The translations under genes and the position numbers were made by a program. The notes below the pieces were generated by a model, which saw nothing but the letters and a program-made list of their open reading frames with translations, did not search any database and had not been told where the DNA came from. DNA of 64,000 nt, from NCBI GenBank assembly GCA_965247095.1, contig OZ251997.1, positions 128,001 to 192,000 of the forward strand, in the 5' to 3' direction. How positions within the stretch are numbered: position 1 is the first letter of the stretch; the number at the start of each line of letters is the position of its first letter. This stretch comes from Candidatus Multivorans sp. (GTDB taxonomy: Bacteria; Acidobacteriota; Thermoanaerobaculia; Multivoradales; Multivoraceae). Below, piece after piece: positions 58,890-64,000 of the stretch.

Positions 58890-60280
58890 AGCGACGCCTT
58901 GCACGCCCCTTGACCATCGCGTTCGGCCTGCTCGCCGTTTCGGCGATTCCCGCGTTCGCGCAGAACTCCGACTTCGATCAGGGCCGGGTACTCGACGGTC
59001 CCGGCCATGTGCTGCCGCACCGGGACCGGGTCGCGCCGTTCAACCGCATGCTCGAGGAGCGGCTGGAGACGCTGCTGCCGCGGCTGATGCGGGAGACCGG
59101 GATCGACATGTGGTTGGTGATCAACCGCGAGTACAACGAGGATCCCGTGTTCTTCAGCCTGGTGCCGCGACCGGTGTTCGCGGCCCGCCGCACAACGATG
59201 CTGGTGTTCTTCGACCGCGGGCCGGACAACGGCGGCGTCGAACTGCTGACCGTGAACCGCTACCCCTACGGCGCCCTGTACGAATCGGCCTGGGAGGGCG
59301 GCGACCTGGACGAGCAGTGGCAGGGGTTGGGCGAAGTCATCGCCGAGCGCGACCCGAAGCGGATCGGCGTCAACGTGTCGCGCCACTGGCCGGTGGCGGA
59401 CGGTCTTTCGGCGGCGCTTCATGAACGGCTGCTCGAGGTCCTGTCGCCGGAACTGAAGCAGCGGGTGACGAGCGCTGAGGAACTCGTCGTGCGCTGGATC
59501 GAGACCCGCAGCCCGCTTCAGATGGAGGCGTATCCCCAGATCGTGTCCCTGGCGCGGGGCGTGATCGCGGAGGCGTTCTCCGAGCGGGTGATCACCCCGG
59601 GCGCGACGACCACCGACGACGTGGTCTGGTACATCGCCCAGCGCTTCGAGGATCTCGGCCTCGACATCTGGTTCCTGCCCTCCGTGAACGCGCAGCGCCG
59701 GGCGTCGGATGAGGGCAGCGGCTGCGGCGCCGATGAGCCCTTCTGCGGGGGCGACGGCGACTTCGTCATTCGCCGTGGCGACGTGCTGCACACGGATGTC
59801 GGCATCTGCTACATCGGGCTCTGCACCGACACCCAGGAGATGGGCTACGTGCTTCGGCTCGGCGAGAGCGAGGCGCCGGGGGAGCTCAAGGGCGCCCTGG
59901 CCGCCGGCAACCGCTGGCAGGACATCCTGACCGGCGAGTACCGAACCGGCCGCACCGGCAACGAGATCCTGGCCGCGACGATCGCGCTCGCCACCGACGA
60001 GGGGCTGCGTTCCAGCACCTACACCCATCCGCTCGGGGTGTTCGGCCACGCGCCGGGACCGACGATCGGCATGTGGGACAACCAGGGAGCGACGCCGGTG
60101 CGCGGGGACTGGCCGCTCTACCCGGACACCGCGTATGCGATCGAGGGCAACGTGAAGGTCGAACTCGAGATGTGGAACGGCCAGGACGTGCAGATCAAGC
60201 TCGAGCAGAGCGCGGTCTACGACGGTGAAAAGGTGCACTACCTCGCCGGCCGGCAGACCGAGTGGCACCTGGTTCGCTGA
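58886..60280 (+). CDS. M24 family (Xaa-Pro) aminopeptidase
   Basis: Signal peptide; LHTDVG..CTDTQ, YTHPLG..GHAPGP, YAIE. Confidence 0.9.
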   Translation: MKRRLARPLTIAFGLLAVSAIPAFAQNSDFDQGRVLDGPGHVLPHRDRVAPFNRMLEERLETLLPRLMRETGIDMWLVINREYNEDPVFFSLVPRPVFAARRTTMLVFFDRGPDNGGVELLTVNRYPYGALYESAWEGGDLDEQWQGLGEVIAERDPKRIGVNVSRHWPVADGLSAALHERLLEVLSPELKQRVTSAEELVVRWIETRSPLQMEAYPQIVSLARGVIAEAFSERVITPGATTTDDVVWYIAQRFEDLGLDIWFLPSVNAQRRASDEGSGCGADEPFCGGDGDFVIRRGDVLHTDVGICYIGLCTDTQEMGYVLRLGESEAPGELKGALAAGNRWQDILTGEYRTGRTGNEILAATIALATDEGLRSSTYTHPLGVFGHAPGPTIGMWDNQGATPVRGDWPLYPDTAYAIEGNVKVELEMWNGQDVQIKLEQSAVYDGEKVHYLAGRQTEWHLVR

Positions 60281-60286
60281 CGCCGA

Positions 60287-60565
60287 TCAGAAGACCGCGG
60301 CCAGCAGCGTGAAGCCGGCCCAGACTGCGGCCACCAGCCCGGCGACAACGAGCAGCACGGCGCCGACGGCGAGCGCGACCGGCAGCGCGATGATCGCGAT
60401 CGGAATCAGGATCGCGGCGAGCAGCGCCCCGGCGACGTAGCCGACGATCTTGAAGGGCAGAAGAGCGAGCTTGAATACAACCTTGAGTACGGCGAGGACG
60501 GCCGCGAAGACGGCGAGCACGGCGAGGCCGATGGCCCCGATGGTCAGGATGGTCAGGATTTCCAT
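60287..60565 (-). CDS. Small hydrophobic membrane protein
   Basis: AGGAGGAG RBS-like sequence upstream; almost entirely hydrophobic. Confidence 0.65.
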   Translation of the reverse strand: MEILTILTIGAIGLAVLAVFAAVLAVLKVVFKLALLPFKIVGYVAGALLAAILIPIAIIALPVALAVGAVLLVVAGLVAAVWAGFTLLAAVF

Positions 60566-60663
60566 GTCGAGTTGCACTCCTCCTGCCTCAGCACTACGAG
60601 GTTGAGGCGTCGAGGTTTCGCGGCACGCTACACTCCCCGGATTCCCAGCAGGAGGTGCGCACG

Positions 60664-61680
60664 ATGAAGATGGACCGCAGACGTTTTCTGCAAACCGGCG
60701 CCGTCCTGGGCGCCGCGGCCGCCACGGCCTGCATGGACGGCGCTGGTCCGGACGCGGAGAGCGCCGCAGCCGATGCCGCAGCCGCCGACGCCGGCCCTCT
60801 GTACCGCATCTCCCTGGCCGAGTGGTCCTATTACCGCGAGCTGTTCGGCCCGGGCCTGAGCGCGTTGGCCGACGGCTCCTTCCGGGACGACCCGAGCGTG
60901 CTCTACCAGGGCGAACTCGATCACCTGGACTTCCCGGCGCGCGCCCGCAGCCATGGCATCGAGGCAGTCGAGTACGTGAACACCTTCTTCTTCGATCGTG
61001 CCCGCGACCAGGAGTACCTGGCTGAACTCAAGTCGCGTTGCGACGGCGAAGGCGTGACCAGCCTGCTGATCATGTGCGACGCGGAGGGCGACATCGGCGC
61101 TCCGGATGCCGCAACGCGGGCGCAGTCGGTCGAGAACCACCACAAGTGGGTCGAAGCGGCGGCTTTCCTGGGCTGCCACGCGGTGCGCGTCAACGCCGCC
61201 AGCGCGGGCTCCTTCGAGGAACAGCAGAAGCTGGCTGCGGACGGGCTGCGCCAGTTGTGCGAATACGCAGACGGCCACGACGTGGACGTCCTGGTGGAGA
61301 ATCACGGCTATCTCTCCAGCAACGGCGAATGGCTCGCCGGCACGATCGCGATGGTCGACCATCCGCGCGCCGGCACGCTGCCCGACTTCGGCAACTTCAA
61401 GACGTCCTACGAGCCCGAAGAGTGGTACGACAGATACCAGGGAGTGACCGAGCTCATGCCCTACGCCCGCGCCGTCAGCGCGAAGAGCTACGACTTCAAC
61501 GAGGCCGGCAACGAGACGACGATCGACTACGAGCAGATGATGCGGATCGTGCTCGACGCGGGCTACCGCGGCTGGGTCGGCATCGAGTTCGAGGGCCGCA
61601 TGGCCGCCGACGAGGGCATCGTGAAGACCAGGGAACTGCTCGAGCGCCTGCGCGACGAGCTCGCGCCCGAGTACGGCTGA
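60664..61680 (+). CDS. Tat-exported sugar phosphate isomerase/epimerase (xylose isomerase-like TIM barrel)
   Basis: DRRRFLQ Tat motif; VENHG, PDFGNF, VSAKS, GIEFEG. Confidence 0.9.
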   Translation: MKMDRRRFLQTGAVLGAAAATACMDGAGPDAESAAADAAAADAGPLYRISLAEWSYYRELFGPGLSALADGSFRDDPSVLYQGELDHLDFPARARSHGIEAVEYVNTFFFDRARDQEYLAELKSRCDGEGVTSLLIMCDAEGDIGAPDAATRAQSVENHHKWVEAAAFLGCHAVRVNAASAGSFEEQQKLAADGLRQLCEYADGHDVDVLVENHGYLSSNGEWLAGTIAMVDHPRAGTLPDFGNFKTSYEPEEWYDRYQGVTELMPYARAVSAKSYDFNEAGNETTIDYEQMMRIVLDAGYRGWVGIEFEGRMAADEGIVKTRELLERLRDELAPEYG

Positions 61681-61688
61681 ACTGCGCT

Positions 61689-61788
61689 CCTGGGAACCCG
61701 GGTGGCGCGATCCGCGCCACCCGTGAACCACTCCCTGCGCCCGTCATCGGGCGCAGGGATGGAACGCGGGCGTCTCGCCCGCATCCGG
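61689..61788 (+). repeat. Long (100-bp) three-hairpin dispersed repeat, copy 2
   Basis: Hairpins at 61699-61723, 61733-61758 and 61766-61782; matches the reverse complement of 22047-22146. Confidence 0.9.
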
Positions 61789-63357
61789 CTCTCCGCGCCG
61801 GCTTGCCTGCCCCGGTAACCGCACGCTGGCGCCGGCGCGCGCACCCGACGCCGGACCACCCTCCGCCTCGAACACCCGCCCCGGGTTGAGGATGCCCTTC
61901 GGGTCGAGCGTCCTCTTGAGCGCCTTCATGAGCTCGATCTCCTCGGCGGAACGGCTGCGCCCGAGATGCGCGCGCTTCTCGAAGCCGATCCCGTGCTCCG
62001 CCGACACCGAACCACCGATCGGATCGAGGTGCCCGTAGACGATCTCCTCGACCGCGCCGCGCGCCTCCGGGGAACCGTCGCCGACAGAGGCGACGACGTG
62101 CAGGTTGCCGTCGCCGAGGTGGCCGAAGACGACGCACTGGCTGTCCGGCCACCTGTCCGTCAACGCGGCCTTGATGTCGGCGACGTAGCTCTCCATGTCG
62201 GCGATGCGCAGGCCCACGTCGAACGTGAAGATGGGGGCCAGGTGGTTGAGCTGCTCGACATCGTCGCGTAGCGCCCAGATCTCGTCCCGCTCCGCCTTTG
62301 ACTTGCCGAGCACGGCGTCGCCGATCAGGCCGGCCTCCATGCAGTCGCCGAGCGCCTGCTCGAACTGCACGGCGTCCTCCTCCGGGCGTGTTCCGAGCGA
62401 TTCGACCAGCACGTAGAGGGGATCGCCGTGCGGGATCGGCGGCGCCGTCTTCGCCTGCGGCCCGGTGACCAGCTCGTAGAACTCGCGCCACATGACCTCG
62501 AAGGCGCTCATCGAGCCGCCGATCTCCTCCTCCAGCTTGCGAAGAAGTCCGGTGACCTCGGTGAAACCGGGAACGGCGAGCAGGGCGCAGTTGTGGCTCC
62601 TCGGACGCCGCTCGAGGCGCAGCACGACCCGGGTGACGACGCCCAGCGTGCCCTCGGAGCCAACGAACAGGTGCTTCAGGTCGTAGCCGGCGTTGTTCTT
62701 GACCATCTTGTTCAGGTTCGAGAGCACCGTACCGTCGGCCAGAACGGCTTCCAGGCCGAGCACGGAGTCGCGGGTCATGCCGTAGCGGATCACGCGATTG
62801 CCGCCGGCGTTGGTCGCCACGTTGCCGCCGATCGTGCACGACCCGCGGGCGCCGAGGTCGAGCGGGAATAGCAGATCCTCGGCCTCCGCTGCTTCCTGGA
62901 TCTTCTGTAGGGCCGCGCCGGCCTGAACGGTCATCGTCCGCCCCACCGGGTCGATCTCCTCGATCGCGGTCATCCGTTCGAGAGTGATCGCAATCTCCAG
63001 GTCGCCAGCGACACCGCCTCCGACGAGTCCTGTGAGCCCGCCCTGCGGGACGACCGGTTGGCCGGCCCGGTGGCAGGCCGCCAGCGCGGCCGAGAGCTGC
63101 TCTGTCGTCCGCGGCCGGAGCACTGCCCGCGCGGCGCACGGCACCGTGCCGGAGCCGTCGCCGGCGCGCGCCGTGACCGCGTCGCCGGTGAGGACGACGT
63201 CCTCGCCGAGGGCGGCCCGCAGGTCGGAGATCAGTGCGTTACTGTCGGTCATGCCAGCTCGGATGTCCGTTGGTTGGATCAGTGGAGGCGACGGCGGATC
63301 ATACCGATCTGACCGTGACTCTGGCCGTGACTCTGGCTGCGACTCTGGCTGACTCAT
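61744..63357 (-). CDS. FAD-binding oxidoreductase (D-2-hydroxyglutarate/D-lactate dehydrogenase-like)
   Basis: PQGGLTGLVGG, GGNVATNAGG, KNNAGYDL, GSEGTLG, GHLGDGNLH, SAEHGIG, DPKGILNPG; start could be 63252. Confidence 0.92.
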   Translation of the reverse strand: MSQPESQPESRPESRSDRYDPPSPPLIQPTDIRAGMTDSNALISDLRAALGEDVVLTGDAVTARAGDGSGTVPCAARAVLRPRTTEQLSAALAACHRAGQPVVPQGGLTGLVGGGVAGDLEIAITLERMTAIEEIDPVGRTMTVQAGAALQKIQEAAEAEDLLFPLDLGARGSCTIGGNVATNAGGNRVIRYGMTRDSVLGLEAVLADGTVLSNLNKMVKNNAGYDLKHLFVGSEGTLGVVTRVVLRLERRPRSHNCALLAVPGFTEVTGLLRKLEEEIGGSMSAFEVMWREFYELVTGPQAKTAPPIPHGDPLYVLVESLGTRPEEDAVQFEQALGDCMEAGLIGDAVLGKSKAERDEIWALRDDVEQLNHLAPIFTFDVGLRIADMESYVADIKAALTDRWPDSQCVVFGHLGDGNLHVVASVGDGSPEARGAVEEIVYGHLDPIGGSVSAEHGIGFEKRAHLGRSRSAEEIELMKALKRTLDPKGILNPGRVFEAEGGPASGARAGASVRLPGQASRRGEPDAGETPAFHPCAR

Positions 63358-63789
63358 CAGCCGCCGAACCCGGGTGTACGTCCTGACGAGCGAGTTGGTG
63401 CAGGTCTTGAAGGCGTCGGACTTCGGGCAGTGGGCGCGCCCCAAAACCACCGCCAGCACACCGCCTGCCCATGCCGCGTGCTAGATTTGCCGTACGCGTA
63501 CCGCCGGGGGGTGTGGGCCAACCAACATCCAGCGCCTGTTCCGCGAGTCGGCTACCCCCGGGAGGAGGCGGGAGAACCATCCCCGGTCTACCGCCGGCGG
63601 AGCGCGCCGTCAACGGCTCTCGTTGGGTTGACCCACAGCAGTTCGCCTAGCCGGAAAGTGCGCGCCGCCGCGCATGCACTCCTCTAGCGGGCACCGCGAG
63701 GTGACGCGGCCGCTCGGTTTCGCATGCCAAGTTATTGGTCGCCTCTTCGACGAACCAGATAGTCCTCGCTTGCGCATGCCGGCCGTCCA

Positions 63790-63999
63790 CTACTGCAACG
63801 TGTCCACGAGCGCCGCCTCGATGATTCTCCGGTCCTGCGTCAGCAGCGTCGCGCCAAGCACTCGGGCCGTCGCCACCAGAATCCGGTCTGCGGGATCGCG
63901 GTGAAAGGAATCAGGAAGCGCAGCGACATGTTCGGCGATTGCAGGAGAGATGCTGTGCCGGCGTACGAGCGGCGGCGCTACCGCCTTGTCGAGCCACTC
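63790..63999 (-). CDS. vapC: PIN-domain (VapC) toxin, partial at the window edge
   Basis: Own translation: ..LPDSFHRDPADRILVATARVLGATLLTQDRRI..*. Confidence 0.85.
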   Translation of the reverse strand, partial: EWLDKAVAPPLVRRHSISPAIAEHVAALPDSFHRDPADRILVATARVLGATLLTQDRRIIEAALVDTLQ

Positions 64000-64000
64000 G

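Noticed and set aside
63317-63352. Three 12-bp repeats (QPES/RPES)
   Set aside because: Short low-complexity N-terminal linker with no further structure

Overview
High-GC bacterial window. The gene content (Uma2 endonuclease, PIN toxins, TonB receptor, PQQ dehydrogenase) suggests an Acidobacteriota-like organism, possibly host-associated; this is inference. No rRNA or tRNA was recognised. Main blocks: (1) a co-oriented run of LolA-like protein, TonB receptor, archaeal-type topoisomerase VI (top6B/top6A) and a lower-GC HD-domain + GHKL/HSP90-like ATPase gene; (2) elp3-pncB-nadE with a convergent nicotinamidase-like gene; (3) an NSAR/OSBS + GNAT pair; (4) a GriC/GriD-like carboxylate reductase pair split by a Rieske + PQQ dehydrogenase module; (5) a collapsed CRISPR region at about 42.2-49.8 kb with two broken cas1 genes, two cas2 genes, a 36-bp-repeat array cut by an IS21 element, two or three other orphan repeat types, two IS3-family elements and no interference genes; (6) a tightly coupled WS/DGAT-esterase-phasin-GNAT operon under a PhaR-like palindrome. 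The most striking non-coding signals are a dispersed repeat family (two 100-bp three-hairpin copies with compensatory base changes plus four short one-hairpin copies) and a multi-stem element downstream of istB. All calls come from reading motifs by eye; no database searches were run.
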